Positions 10,497-20,659 of a stretch of 64,000 nucleotides of DNA are shown one piece after another. Numbering within the stretch: position 1 is the first letter of the stretch; every line of letters starts with the position of its first letter. This DNA comes from Gemmatimonadales bacterium (GTDB lineage Bacteria; Gemmatimonadota; Gemmatimonadetes; Gemmatimonadales; GWC2-71-9): assembly GCA_965249575.1 (NCBI GenBank), contig OZ252244.1:3040001-3104000 (forward strand). Reading direction: 5' to 3'. The notes below the pieces were generated by a model. It had not been told where the DNA came from. It was given only the letters and a program-made list of their open reading frames with translations, and did not search any database. A program made the position numbers and the translations under genes.

Positions 10497-12206
10497 CTAC
10501 ACTCTGTCCCGCCGAGATCGCCTGTACACGATCTCGCCTCCCAAGACGGTCAACACCACGCGGGTATCGAGGATTTGCTCGGGTGCGACCGTCATGATGT
10601 CCTGATCGAGTACGACGAAGTCGCCGTATTTCCCCGGGGTCAAGGAACCGCTCTCGTGCTCCATGAATGCGGCGTGAGCGGGCCAGAGCGTCATGCTGAG
10701 CAGCGCCTCCTCGCGCGTCGTTCGCTGTTCCGGGAACCAGCCGCCAGCGGGAAAATCGTTCTCGTCCTGGCGTGCGACAAAGGCGTGGAACGATATGAGC
10801 GGATTGGCTGACTCGACGGGAAAGTCGGATCCGTTCGGGATGATGACGCCGGCGTCGAGAAAAGATCGCCAGGCATAGGCCCCCCGAATGCGAGTCGGCC
10901 CGACGCGGTCTACAGCCCAGTACATGTCGCTGGTTTGGTGGCTCCCCTGCATGGAGGGCATGACTCCCAGCTCCGCGAACCGAGGGATGTCATCCCAGTG
11001 CACGACCTGCGCGTGCTCGACTCGGAATCGATGGTCGGCTGTCGGTACCTCATCCAGCGCGGCCTCGAAGGCGTCGAGCACCATCCGGTTGCCGCGGTCG
11101 CCGATCGCATGGACGTTGAGCTGGAAGCCGGTTTGGAGCGCGCGCGTGCCGACCCGCCTGATCCGCTCGAAACTCTCCGTGATCAAGCCGGTGTTGCCGG
11201 GGTCGTCAGCGTAGGGCTCGAGTAGGGCGGCTCCCCGGCTCCCCAGTGCGCCGTCGGCCGTGATCTTGATGGATCGGATCCACAGCCGGCCGTCATGAAG
11301 TGCGTCCCGAGGTCCAGCGTTCATGTAGCGCTCGAGCGTGCTGTCGGCCGCACGGATCATCAGATAGTTCCGGAGGTCGTACCGGCCCTCGGCGGCGAGC
11401 TCGGCGTATACCTCGATCTCGGTCTCTGACACGCCGGCGTCGTGCATGCCGGTGATGCCCCACCGGTTGAGCTCGGTGATCGCCGCGAGCGTCTGTTCCC
11501 GCAGCTCGCCTCGTGACGCCCGGGGCATCACCGCCGACACGATTCGCTGGGCGCGGTCGATCAACACACCAGTTGGGCTTCCGTTCGCCCCACGAATGAT
11601 CCTGCCTCCGTCCGGGTCCTTCGTGCGTGCGGTCACGCCGGCCAGCTCCATCGCCTTCGCGTTGACCAGCGCGGCGTGTCCATCGATCCGTGTCATGTAG
11701 ACGGGATGATCCGGCACGGCCTTCGAGAGCGCCTCATGGGTGGGAAACCGCATGTCGGCCCAGTCATTCTGGTCCCAGCCGCGGCCGCGAACCCATTCGC
11801 CTTTGCCCATGGTGCGTGCCCGATCCACGACGCGAGCAAGCACCTCTTCGTAGGAGCGCGTTCCGACGAGATCGACCGTTCGGAGCGCGAGCCCCAACCC
11901 CGTCAGATGTCCATGCGCATCGATGAGCCCCGGCAACACCGTCCGCCCCTCGACGTCCAACTGTTGGGTCCCGGGACCTGTGAGGGCGGTCGCGCCCCGC
12001 GCGTCTCCCACGAACACCACTCGGCCGTCACGAATCGCCAGCGCCTCGGCGATCGGTCTACTCTGATCGGCGGTGTAGATACGGGCGTTGGTGACGACGA
12101 GATCGGCCGGCTGTTGGGCGGCCGTTCGCGCGGTGAATCCGAAAAGCGCCGTGCCGGCCGCCAACCAGGTTACCATGTCGGCTGCGATCCGCATCTGGTC
12201 TCCCAT
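10497..12206 (-). CDS. Secreted amidohydrolase 3 family (YtcJ-like)
   Basis: PGLIDAHGH, DGALGSRGA, VHAIGDRG, RVEHAQ and GSDFPV motifs; signal peptide ending TAA|Q. Confidence 0.92.
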   Translation of the reverse strand: MGDQMRIAADMVTWLAAGTALFGFTARTAAQQPADLVVTNARIYTADQSRPIAEALAIRDGRVVFVGDARGATALTGPGTQQLDVEGRTVLPGLIDAHGHLTGLGLALRTVDLVGTRSYEEVLARVVDRARTMGKGEWVRGRGWDQNDWADMRFPTHEALSKAVPDHPVYMTRIDGHAALVNAKAMELAGVTARTKDPDGGRIIRGANGSPTGVLIDRAQRIVSAVMPRASRGELREQTLAAITELNRWGITGMHDAGVSETEIEVYAELAAEGRYDLRNYLMIRAADSTLERYMNAGPRDALHDGRLWIRSIKITADGALGSRGAALLEPYADDPGNTGLITESFERIRRVGTRALQTGFQLNVHAIGDRGNRMVLDAFEAALDEVPTADHRFRVEHAQVVHWDDIPRFAELGVMPSMQGSHQTSDMYWAVDRVGPTRIRGAYAWRSFLDAGVIIPNGSDFPVESANPLISFHAFVARQDENDFPAGGWFPEQRTTREEALLSMTLWPAHAAFMEHESGSLTPGKYGDFVVLDQDIMTVAPEQILDTRVVLTVLGGEIVYRRSRRDRV

Positions 12207-12234
12207 CGAATGTTGAACGTTCCGGCCGGGGGCC

Positions 12235-13062
12235 TCAACGCAAGGACGCCGCCAGGAACTCGTGAAACGTCGCTCGGTAACGGCGCATGTTGTATGTCTC
12301 GTTGTGTCCCGCGCCCTCGATCACTACGAGACGGCCGTCCCCGCTCGCTTCCGTAACTGCGCGGCCCATGCTCAGAGGAGCGACGCGGTCCTCTGAGCCG
12401 TGAAACACCAGCAGTGGAATGTCGAGCGAGCGTGCGCGCGAAACGTTATCCATCGAGAGTCGCACCAGGAACTTGGGCAGGAATGGGTAGTGAAGGTCCG
12501 CCATTTCGATCGCGCTGGAGAACGGTGAGTCCAGAACAAGGGCTGCCACCGGCCTGCTCATCGCGACGTGCAGCGCGAAGGCGCTGCCCAGCGAGCGGCC
12601 GTAGGCGGCGATCCGATTGGAATTGACCTTTGGACGGGCGGCCAGGAAATCCCACGCCGCCTCGGCATCCCGATATAGTCCGGGCTCGGTCGGCGTGGAT
12701 CCCGACTCGCCGTAGCCGCGGTAGTCCAGGATGAGCAACGCTGTGCCCGGCGGCCGCAGTTCGCGAATGATCGGCGCCAGCGCGGCAACGGTTTCCATGT
12801 TGCCATAAAACCAGAGGAGACCGGGCGCGTCGGTTCCGTCGGACGGTGCCGGCGAAGGCGGCAGATACCAGCCGTGCAGCTCGACGCTGTCGGCGGTCGT
12901 CACGGTTACCCGCTCGCCATCGGCAATGCGCGCCGCAGTGGGGTCGGGGAGCCGGTGGCGCGGTCCGGGAAACGCCAGGCGCTCTTGAAACTTCCACGCT
13001 AGTGTGGCGAGGAGCACATACAGTACCGCGAGGATGGCCAGGATCTTCAGGGCCGAGAGCAT
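12235..13062 (-). CDS. Alpha/beta hydrolase (ABHD13/Bem46-like) with N-terminal anchor
   Basis: DYRGYGES, GRSLG nucleophile, HGSED and GAGHN; start reassigned to MLSALK. Confidence 0.9.
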   Translation of the reverse strand: MLSALKILAILAVLYVLLATLAWKFQERLAFPGPRHRLPDPTAARIADGERVTVTTADSVELHGWYLPPSPAPSDGTDAPGLLWFYGNMETVAALAPIIRELRPPGTALLILDYRGYGESGSTPTEPGLYRDAEAAWDFLAARPKVNSNRIAAYGRSLGSAFALHVAMSRPVAALVLDSPFSSAIEMADLHYPFLPKFLVRLSMDNVSRARSLDIPLLVFHGSEDRVAPLSMGRAVTEASGDGRLVVIEGAGHNETYNMRRYRATFHEFLAASLR

Positions 13063-13184
13063 GTGTGTAGGGTATAGGGAGTTGGGGGTAGGGGATAGGG
13101 GGTGGGGACTGGCCATTTCGACTGAGGATTGGCCACTGAGGATTGGGTGTAGGTAGCCATTCGAGAATCCCTATCCTCTGATTC

Positions 13185-14488
13185 CTACCCCCTACCCCCT
13201 AAGCGACATTCCCTCTCTGCGGCCCGCTGCCAGACACGTACCTCCGGCCGGGTCGGACGCCGCCCGCCTCCGCGGAACAGCGCGTGGATGGTCACCCACA
13301 GCTCGTGGGGGTCGGTACTCGCCAGGGCGCACACCGTTGGAACGCCCGCGGTCTTGAGCTGCGCGGCGTGCAGAGCGCCGATGCCCTGCAATGTCGTGAG
13401 TCGAGCGGTCTCGAGGAGGGCGGTGGCGCGTTCGGGGACTAGCCCCGTGGCGACTGTGAGCGTCGCCGGATCTTCAATGTCAATTGCGAGTTCGAATGGG
13501 GAATAAATACCTGCGCTCTCCAGTACGGCGACCTCGGAGACCGACATGCCGTGGAGGTGTGCCAGAGTCGGGACGGTCGAGCTGACGGTCACCCGGTCCA
13601 TTTCGCTCAGCGTCACGAACGCAAAAGTCCCGGCCAGGATTGTCGCGAGTCCGGTCCGAACCGGTCGGACGCTGGTTGGAGCGCCGGTGGGAACGGCGAC
13701 GCCGGCACTGCACAGGGCGTGGTAGAGCGCCCACGCGCTCAGCGCGAACACGGGGAAGCCGGCGAAGCCGAATGGCGGCATTTCGAACCATTTCGTATCC
13801 TCCAGCCAGGGGACGGTATACACCCATTTTCCGCGGGCCCAGTAGTTGTAACCCTCCCACAGCAAACCGACTCCCAGACCACCGAGCATGAGTCTAGCGA
13901 CTCGGCCCCAATCTCCGCGCTCCAGATCGGCGATGAGCGACAGCTCCGGCCGCCGGCGGTAGACGAAGGGATCCGCGATGAGTAGCGCGGCCCCCCAGCA
14001 CAGGGGAAAGAACGTGCGCGGCCAAATGAGGGACATCGCGAGCGTCGCTACACCCAGGAGCGTCGCGACGGAGAGGCTCCCGGGCGGCACGGTCACGGGT
14101 CGTCCCCGCCTGTCGGTCGCACTCCAACCCCCTCTAACACACGCTCGGCGAGGAACAGGGCGGGGAGTACCGTTGCAAACGAAAGCAAGACGCCGGCCCA
14201 CCGCTCGACCTTCGCGTGCGGGAGGAACACGTAGTACCAGTTGTCGAGGCGGAAGTTCGCGGCTTCGTACAGGAGCCAAACGATCGCGGACCACCCGAAC
14301 AGCGACACGAGCTGCCCGGGACGCTGGAACGGCCGAGCACCCGCGCCGCCGTGACGAACGATGCGTTCGAGGAGCAAGAGGGTCGGGTACCAAGCGAACA
14401 CGTAGAACCAGGTGGAAACCGGCTCGACGCGGAAATAGAGCAGGACCCAAGCGGCAACCAGCGCGATGGCTGGGAGGACGATCAGCAT
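13185..14488 (-). CDS. Multi-TM membrane protein with a C-terminal DUF4332-like (HhH-like) region; frameshift near 14100-14135
   Basis: N-terminal TMs with YEAANFRLDNWYY (frame 14093..14560) continue into LWEGYNYWARGKWVYTVP, FEMPPFGFAGF and LQGIG (frame 13185..14450); C-runs lie at the junction. Confidence 0.75.
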
Positions 14489-14540
14489 AGGTAGTGCCGG
14501 GTACCAGGTTTCAGCTTCAGGGATCTTTGGAATACTACGC

Positions 14541-14568
14541 TGGCACCTGGCACCTGGCACCTGACACC
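14541..14568. repeat. Heptamer tandem TGGCACC x3 + TGACACC
   Basis: Read directly; related units occur at about 36687-36709. Confidence 0.85.
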
Positions 14569-14616
14569 TGTTCCCCCACCTTCCCCTCGTCCCGCACCCT
14601 GGTTTGATTGCCCTTC

Positions 14617-15545
14617 ATGAGCGATATCGCCGTGCATTGTCGTGGATTGGTCAAGCATTATGGCCAAGTGGTCGCCGTGGACGGGCTGGACCTGGAAGTT
14701 CGCCGAGGGGAGTGCTTTGGCCTGCTCGGGCCAAATGGTGCCGGGAAGACCACGACCATCGAGATGATCCAGGGGTTGTTGCACCCGGACTCCGGGACGA
14801 TCGAGGTCCTGGGCGTGCCGTGGAAGGGGCATGAGCGCGAGATCCGGCAGCGCATGGGAACGCAGCTTCAGGAGACCAAGCTCCCCGAGAAGCTCACGGT
14901 TCAGGAAACGCTCGAGCTGTTCGGCAGTTTCTACCACGTTGCGCGCCCGGTAGAGGAAGTTCTCGAGAAGGTGGGGTTACAGGACAAGCGTCGGAGCTGG
15001 GTCAACAAGCTGTCGGGCGGGCAGCGTCAGCGTTTGGCAGTCGCCTGTTCCCTGGTGAGCGATCCGGACGTGCTGTTCATGGACGAGCCGACGAGCGGGC
15101 TCGATCCGCAGTCACGCCACCAACTGTGGGCGATCATCGCCGAGTTTCAGTCGCGGGGCGGTACGGTACTGGTGACAACACACTACATGGAGGAGGCCGA
15201 ACGGCTGTGCGATCGGGTGGCGGTGGTCGATCACGGGCGCATAATCGCGCTCGGGTCACCCAAGGATCTCATTGCGTCGCTCGGCGCCGAGCACGTGGTG
15301 GCGTTCGCGCTCGCCAACGGGGGGCGCTCGACACCGCCGATTTGCACCGGCTGCCTGGCGTGAAACACGTGCACGCGGACAGCGAGTCGATGAGGCTCAC
15401 GGTGACGCGCGTTCACGAGACGGTACCGGCGCTCATGCTCCTGCTGCGAGAGCAGGGAGTGGAGTCGAGTGAGTTGGCGACGCATCACGCGACGCTCGAA
15501 GACGTGTTCATCTCGCTCACTGGGAGGCACCTGCGGGATGGCTAG
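14617..15545 (+). CDS. ABC-2 exporter ATP-binding subunit; frameshift at G6 run 15319-15324
   Basis: GPNGAGKT, LSGGQ, LFMDEP and TTHYMEEA; the C-terminal ATLEDVFISLTG lies in the 15126..15545 frame. Confidence 0.9.
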
Positions 15546-16578
15546 ACGTGGAGGAAGCTCTTTGTACCAGCTCACGCTCTGGCGGGTGCGAGAGTTCATT
15601 CGGGAGCCCGAGGCGGTGTTCTGGATATTTGCTTTCCCCGTGCTGCTAGCGTTTGCGCTCGGGATCGCATTCAAATACCGGGGGCCGACGCCCGTGACGG
15701 TCGCCGTCGAAGAAGGGCCGGGCGCGGCCACCCTGGTGAGCACGCTAGAGTCCAGCCAAGGCATCACGGCGCGGGTTCTCGACGGGCCCCACGCCCAGAA
15801 TCAACTCCGCACCGGCCGGGTGTCCCTCGTGGCGGTCCCGGGCGATCCGGTGGTCTTCCGTTACGATTCCACGAGGGAGGAAAGTCACTTGGCTCGACTC
15901 GTCGTGACGAACGTGCTGCAGGCAGCCGGCGGCAGGCGAGACGTCCGAGTCATTCGGGAGGAACGGGTGACCGAGCCGGGATCACGCTACATCGACTTTC
16001 TCATCCCGGGACTCCTCGGCATGAACATCATGGGGACAGGGATGTGGGGAATCGGGTTCGGAGTCGTGAAGACTCGCTCCGACAAGCTGCTCAAGCGATT
16101 GCTGGCCTCGCCCATGACGAAGAGCGAGTACCTCATGGCGCACGTTCTGGCGCGGCTGGTGTTCTTGGCACTCGAGGTCGCGGCCGTGCTGGTCTTCGCC
16201 GCTCTCGCCTTCCAAGTGCCGGTGCGGGGTTCGCTGTTGACGATCGGGTTGATCGTGGTTCTGGGCGCCATGACGTTCTCCGGCATGGGGCTCTTGGTGG
16301 CCAGCCGCTCGAAGACCGTCGAGGGTGTCTCCGGACTCATGAATCTTGTCATGGTCCCGATGTGGATCTGTTCCGGGGTATTCTTCTCGTGGTCCCACTT
16401 CCCCGAGGCGGTTCAGCCCTTCATCAGGGCGCTCCCGCTCACCGCGCTCAACGACGCCTTGCGGGCCACAATGATCGACGGAGCTCCGGCCATCCAGTCG
16501 GCGGGAGCCGTCGGGGTCGTCGGGCTCTGGGGCGTGGTCAGTTTTGCGGCCGCGCTCAAGATCTTTCGCTGGTCATAG
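15538..16578 (+). CDS. ABC-2 type permease
   Basis: ATG overlaps the ATPase end; FLIPGLLGM, LKRLLASP and LPLTALNDALR motifs. Confidence 0.9.
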   Translation: MARRGGSSLYQLTLWRVREFIREPEAVFWIFAFPVLLAFALGIAFKYRGPTPVTVAVEEGPGAATLVSTLESSQGITARVLDGPHAQNQLRTGRVSLVAVPGDPVVFRYDSTREESHLARLVVTNVLQAAGGRRDVRVIREERVTEPGSRYIDFLIPGLLGMNIMGTGMWGIGFGVVKTRSDKLLKRLLASPMTKSEYLMAHVLARLVFLALEVAAVLVFAALAFQVPVRGSLLTIGLIVVLGAMTFSGMGLLVASRSKTVEGVSGLMNLVMVPMWICSGVFFSWSHFPEAVQPFIRALPLTALNDALRATMIDGAPAIQSAGAVGVVGLWGVVSFAAALKIFRWS

Positions 16579-16709
16579 GGCCGGCAACCGTCCGGGACTG
16601 GTGAATTGACTTCAATTGGTGTGACAGGTCTCACGGTAACGCCCGAGGAATGGTGTGACGATACTCTCCAGAGGATCGACGCACACCACCAACCCGGGAG
16701 TTATCACGA

Positions 16710-17063
16710 ATGGGCGACAAACCCAGCGGAAAGGCCCTACGGCGGCTCAGCTCCCTCGAAGAGGCGAAGCGAAAGCTTGATCGGATTCACGGTCTGGTCG
16801 AGCAGCTCGCTAGCGCGAGGTCGGGTGAGGAAGCGATGCTCCGCTCGGTCGGACGGGCCACCGCGGAGGTCGCCCGTCTGTTCGCGGACAACGCCCTGGC
16901 GGTCATGGCGGACACTGCCGGGAAGATGGCCATGATAGCGTCCCGTGGCGGTGGGCTGAACATGAAAGTTCGCGCGCTCCGGGAAATGGTTGGCTCGTTG
17001 CGGGCCAATCTGGAAACGCAGGCCAGAGTCATCGCCGCCGAGGACACCAGGGAAACGGCATAG
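16710..17063 (+). CDS. Hypothetical helical protein
   Basis: GGAG RBS upstream; amphipathic helical composition; fills the gap between known genes. Confidence 0.65.
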   Translation: MGDKPSGKALRRLSSLEEAKRKLDRIHGLVEQLASARSGEEAMLRSVGRATAEVARLFADNALAVMADTAGKMAMIASRGGGLNMKVRALREMVGSLRANLETQARVIAAEDTRETA

Positions 17064-17120
17064 CCCCGCAGGGCCCACGCGCGCCCTTCACCAAATCGGA
17101 GTCACGACCGACCGGCTGCG

Positions 17121-17990
17121 CTATGGTCTGCGCAGGTCCTCGACCGCCTCGAGCACCGCCTCCGGGTGGGTGAGCGGGAGCCCGTGAGCCGCGCCCCGAA
17201 TGAGGCGGACACATCCGTTCGGGAGCCTGGCTGCCAGGTCCTGGCCCGCCGCGGGTGGGATGAGGGAGTCCCGGTCTCCGTGGAGCACGATCGTCGGTGT
17301 CGCGATCTCGGCGAGCCGGTCGCGGACGTCGAAGCCTTCCATCGCCAGCCGATACGAGCGCATCGCCCGCCAATCGGTGTGGCGCCAGCCCGCCAGGTCG
17401 AGCCCGAGATCGGAGCGCCGCGCGATTGATCGAAAATCGACCCGTCCACGTGCTGGCCAGACGGCGGACACCGCCCTCTTCAGCGCGCGCGTGATCGTCG
17501 GCCGGTTCCAGAACGGCAGGATTGGCGCGAGCGGGATGCGCCACTCACGTCCCCGGCTTGCGAAGACCCGGAGCCTTAGGACCTCGTACATCGGCCCGGC
17601 CGTCGTTCCGATCAGGACGAGTCCCCGGACGTGCTCGTCGGCGTGCGCGCGATTGTGGAGGAGCCACTCGAGGGCGAGCATGCCACCGAAGCTGTGCGCC
17701 ACGACGACCTTGGGAGGGCCCTGCCAGACCGGCTCGTCCCTCAGCCGCGCATCGAGCAGGCGCACGTACAGGCGCATTCTGTCACGCAGCAGCTCCGCGC
17801 TCGATCCGTCTCGGCCGATGTGGAGATCGTTGAAATCGACGGCAATGGTTGGCCGGCCGAAATCAGGGAAGAGCGTCTCGTTCATCGTCATGCCAGGCAG
17901 GATCAGGATGCACGGTCCGTCCTGCATTACATGACTCGCCTGATCAATCGCCGGGTTCGGCGCGCCGCCATTCCGGGCTTGCTGAGCCAC
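17121..17990 (-). CDS. Alpha/beta hydrolase (start may be about 17927)
   Basis: AHSFGG nucleophile elbow, HGDRD and GAAHG. Confidence 0.85.
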   Translation of the reverse strand: MAQQARNGGAPNPAIDQASHVMQDGPCILILPGMTMNETLFPDFGRPTIAVDFNDLHIGRDGSSAELLRDRMRLYVRLLDARLRDEPVWQGPPKVVVAHSFGGMLALEWLLHNRAHADEHVRGLVLIGTTAGPMYEVLRLRVFASRGREWRIPLAPILPFWNRPTITRALKRAVSAVWPARGRVDFRSIARRSDLGLDLAGWRHTDWRAMRSYRLAMEGFDVRDRLAEIATPTIVLHGDRDSLIPPAAGQDLAARLPNGCVRLIRGAAHGLPLTHPEAVLEAVEDLRRP

Positions 17991-18018
17991 GGTCTGCGCC
18001 GCCTGAGAGTACCGCGGT

Positions 18019-18951
18019 TCAGTCCGTCGGGACGCTGCGCAGCCAGCGGTTGGGGTCCGGTGCCTTGCCGGTGACGAGCGAGAGATAAGCGTCCTGAAGC
18101 TCGCGGGTGATCGGCCCTCTCGAACCGGCTCCGACCTTCATCCGATCCACCGATCGAACCGGCGTGACCTCGACGGCCGTTCCGCAGAAGAAGAGCTCGT
18201 CCGCGATATAGAGCGCCTCACGGGGGATTTCCTGTTCGACGATGACGTGTCCCCGCTCGCGCGCCAGCCGTACGATCGTATCCCGGGTGATGCCCGGCAG
18301 GATGGACGTGCTGAGAGGCGGGGTGAAGATCTGGCCGTCGCGAACCAGGAACAGGTTCTCGCCGGATCCCTCACTCACGAGCCCCCGGGCGTCGAGCGCG
18401 ATGGCTTCGGCATATCCGTTGATGTTCGCTTCCATCCGCATGAGCTGTGAGTTCAGGTAGTTCCCGGCGGCCTTCGACATGGCGGGATGCGTGTTGGGCG
18501 CCGGCCGGTTCCACGATGAAATGCAGACGTCGACGCCTTGCGTGAGGGCTTCTTCTCCGAGGTAGGCCCCCCACGGCCAGGCGAAGATGAACACCTCGAT
18601 GGGAGCGGCCGACCCGTCGACGCCAACCGGCCCGTACCCGCGGAGTGCCAAGGGCCGGAGGTAGCACGACGACAGTTTGTTTCGAGCGACGCACTCGACA
18701 CACGCGTCCGCGAGCTGCTCGGGCGTATGCGGAAGCTCCATCCTGTAAATCAGCGCCGAGTCCCTCAGCCGCCGCATGTGCTCCAGCAGCCGGAAAATCG
18801 CGGGCCCGCGCGGGGTGGTGTAGCAACGCAGTCCCTCGAACACTGCGGATCCATAATGCACCACGTGACTGAGCGCGTGGATAGTTGCTTCGCTCCAGCG
18901 GATAAACTTCCCGTTCCGCCAGACCAGGTCGGTTTCGATAACGTTAGCCAT
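18019..18951 (-). CDS. ilvE: Branched-chain amino acid aminotransferase
   Basis: HYGSAVFEG, YLRP, KAAGNY (PLP Lys), EGSGENLF, ILPGITR and GTAVEVTPV motifs. Confidence 0.95.
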   Translation of the reverse strand: MANVIETDLVWRNGKFIRWSEATIHALSHVVHYGSAVFEGLRCYTTPRGPAIFRLLEHMRRLRDSALIYRMELPHTPEQLADACVECVARNKLSSCYLRPLALRGYGPVGVDGSAAPIEVFIFAWPWGAYLGEEALTQGVDVCISSWNRPAPNTHPAMSKAAGNYLNSQLMRMEANINGYAEAIALDARGLVSEGSGENLFLVRDGQIFTPPLSTSILPGITRDTIVRLARERGHVIVEQEIPREALYIADELFFCGTAVEVTPVRSVDRMKVGAGSRGPITRELQDAYLSLVTGKAPDPNRWLRSVPTD

Positions 18952-19032
18952 GAGCGAGAATATACGACGCGGGACGGGACCCTGCCGCCCATCCCAGTGC
19001 CACCCCGCCCAGTGAGAAGCCGTCTCTCAACA

Positions 19033-19129
19033 CCCCGCCCCAGTGAGCAGTGAGGAGCCCGCCCCCCCCGCGGTCGGAGCGGGGAGGTGTGGCCATTTCA
19101 CTCCTTACTGCTCACTCCGTGGGGCGGGG
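19033..19129. repeat. Intergenic inverted repeat (GAGTRAG-type arms) at the 3' end of the propeller array
   Basis: CCCCGCCCCAGTGAGCAGTGAGGAG (19033-19057) pairs with CTCCTTACTGCTCACT...GGGGCGGGG (19101-19129). Confidence 0.8.
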
Positions 19130-19156
19130 CTGGGGGCTGGGGGCTGAGCCTGCCGT

Positions 19157-20548
19157 TCAGCTTACGCGCGCCGGGGCGGGCGCCCCGTCGGGCCCGTTGT
19201 CCCAGTCCTGCGCCGAAGAGATGTTCGGCATTCCCCACTGATGGCCGTTCCAGCCGTCGAACCCGTCCATGCTGAAGGCCCAGAAGCCAGTCGTAAAATC
19301 CGAAATCACAATGAGCCCGTCGGCGTTGCGGACGTCAATGCCGAAGGCTCCATTGAAGATGCTGGTTCCTCCGAAGCCGCGCATGTGGGGGCCGTCATAC
19401 GTGTCGTAGAAGCCAACGGTGTAGGGGTTCGTGGGATCCATCATGTTGAATACCTGCAACCCGTCCTCATAGGCCGAAACGAACACGTAGGGCCAGCGCA
19501 CCTCGTGGTTGTGTGCGAGGTTTTGCCAGTCGGCCGTCCAGGCCCCGATCGGTCGGGAGATCGTCTTTACCTCGCCGTCGAGCCCGGGCTTCAGATCGAA
19601 GATACGCAGCGGGGCGAACTGGTATTCCGCCTCGGCAATCGCGTACCGGCCGTCCGGTGTCGGTGTGAACGTATGCGCTGTGAAGATGCCGGCAGCGCCC
19701 GTGATTGACGTGATCAACTCGGGCTCCTCCGGTTGCGAGACGTCGAACACGAAATAGCCAGCACCACCCGGCCCGTAGAACTTGTCCTGACGCGTCGCCG
19801 GATCGTACCCAACGTACATATCGTGGTATCCGCGCCGACGGGCGCCCTGATCGGGGACCGGCACGCGACCGATGAACCCTTGCATTCGGTCGCCCGCCAG
19901 AAACTTTGCCATGTCGTAGATGTTGACGTGCGGCGCGTTGGTCGTGGCAAACAGCAGTACCCTGCCGCTCGAGTGCTTATAAGCGTAAATGTTGTGAAAG
20001 CCCCCGGGGGTGTCCGCAGCGCGGACTCGGCCGACTTCTCGAATGGTCGAGGTATCGGGTAAACCCGTTACGTCGAACACGACGGCGCCAACGTCGGAGT
20101 CCGGGCCGCTCTGACCGAATTGAAACGACTGCACGTCGTAATACCGGCCATCGAGCTTGAAGTACTTGTTGTCCATCCCGCCCGTGCCCTGGTGCAGCTC
20201 GGGGTTATCGATGCGCCACGAGTAGATCACTTCCGCGTTGTCGGGATCTTTCACGCTGATAATGTCGACGCCGTGTACCAACATGCGGGACTGGTATACG
20301 TATGGCCGGGACAGCTCCTGCTCGATCTCGATGTCGGACGTCTCGAGGGCACCGCCCAGGGGTATGTGCGAGAGGATGTGAATGTTCGCGCTCCCCTGTT
20401 CTCCCGGGCCCCGCTGCCCGTGTGAAGTGTTTCCGAGAACCGATGGCGGGCTCAGCTCCGGATGCCTGGCTCGGGGAGCCTGTTGGGCGAGCAGAGGTGT
20501 CGCGAGCAGAGCGCCAACGAAGGCTGCACAAACGGTTCGCCTGTTCAT
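19157..20548 (-). CDS. Secreted LVIVD/choice-of-anchor-B-like beta-propeller, array copy P9
   Basis: Signal peptide ...PLLA|Q; DIEIEQELSRPY, GGFHN, GYHD, HTFTPT, AHNHEV and DGFDGWNGHQWGMPN motifs. Confidence 0.85.
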   Translation of the reverse strand: MNRRTVCAAFVGALLATPLLAQQAPRARHPELSPPSVLGNTSHGQRGPGEQGSANIHILSHIPLGGALETSDIEIEQELSRPYVYQSRMLVHGVDIISVKDPDNAEVIYSWRIDNPELHQGTGGMDNKYFKLDGRYYDVQSFQFGQSGPDSDVGAVVFDVTGLPDTSTIREVGRVRAADTPGGFHNIYAYKHSSGRVLLFATTNAPHVNIYDMAKFLAGDRMQGFIGRVPVPDQGARRRGYHDMYVGYDPATRQDKFYGPGGAGYFVFDVSQPEEPELITSITGAAGIFTAHTFTPTPDGRYAIAEAEYQFAPLRIFDLKPGLDGEVKTISRPIGAWTADWQNLAHNHEVRWPYVFVSAYEDGLQVFNMMDPTNPYTVGFYDTYDGPHMRGFGGTSIFNGAFGIDVRNADGLIVISDFTTGFWAFSMDGFDGWNGHQWGMPNISSAQDWDNGPDGAPAPARVS

Positions 20549-20659
20549 GTTGTTTCCTCGCCCAATTGTGAGTGGTGAGTTGTGCGTGGCGAGTGACGCG
20601 TCGCCAAGGGAGAGTTGGTCCCGTAGCCCCTCCTCACGACGCCCCACTCGCTGCTCACG

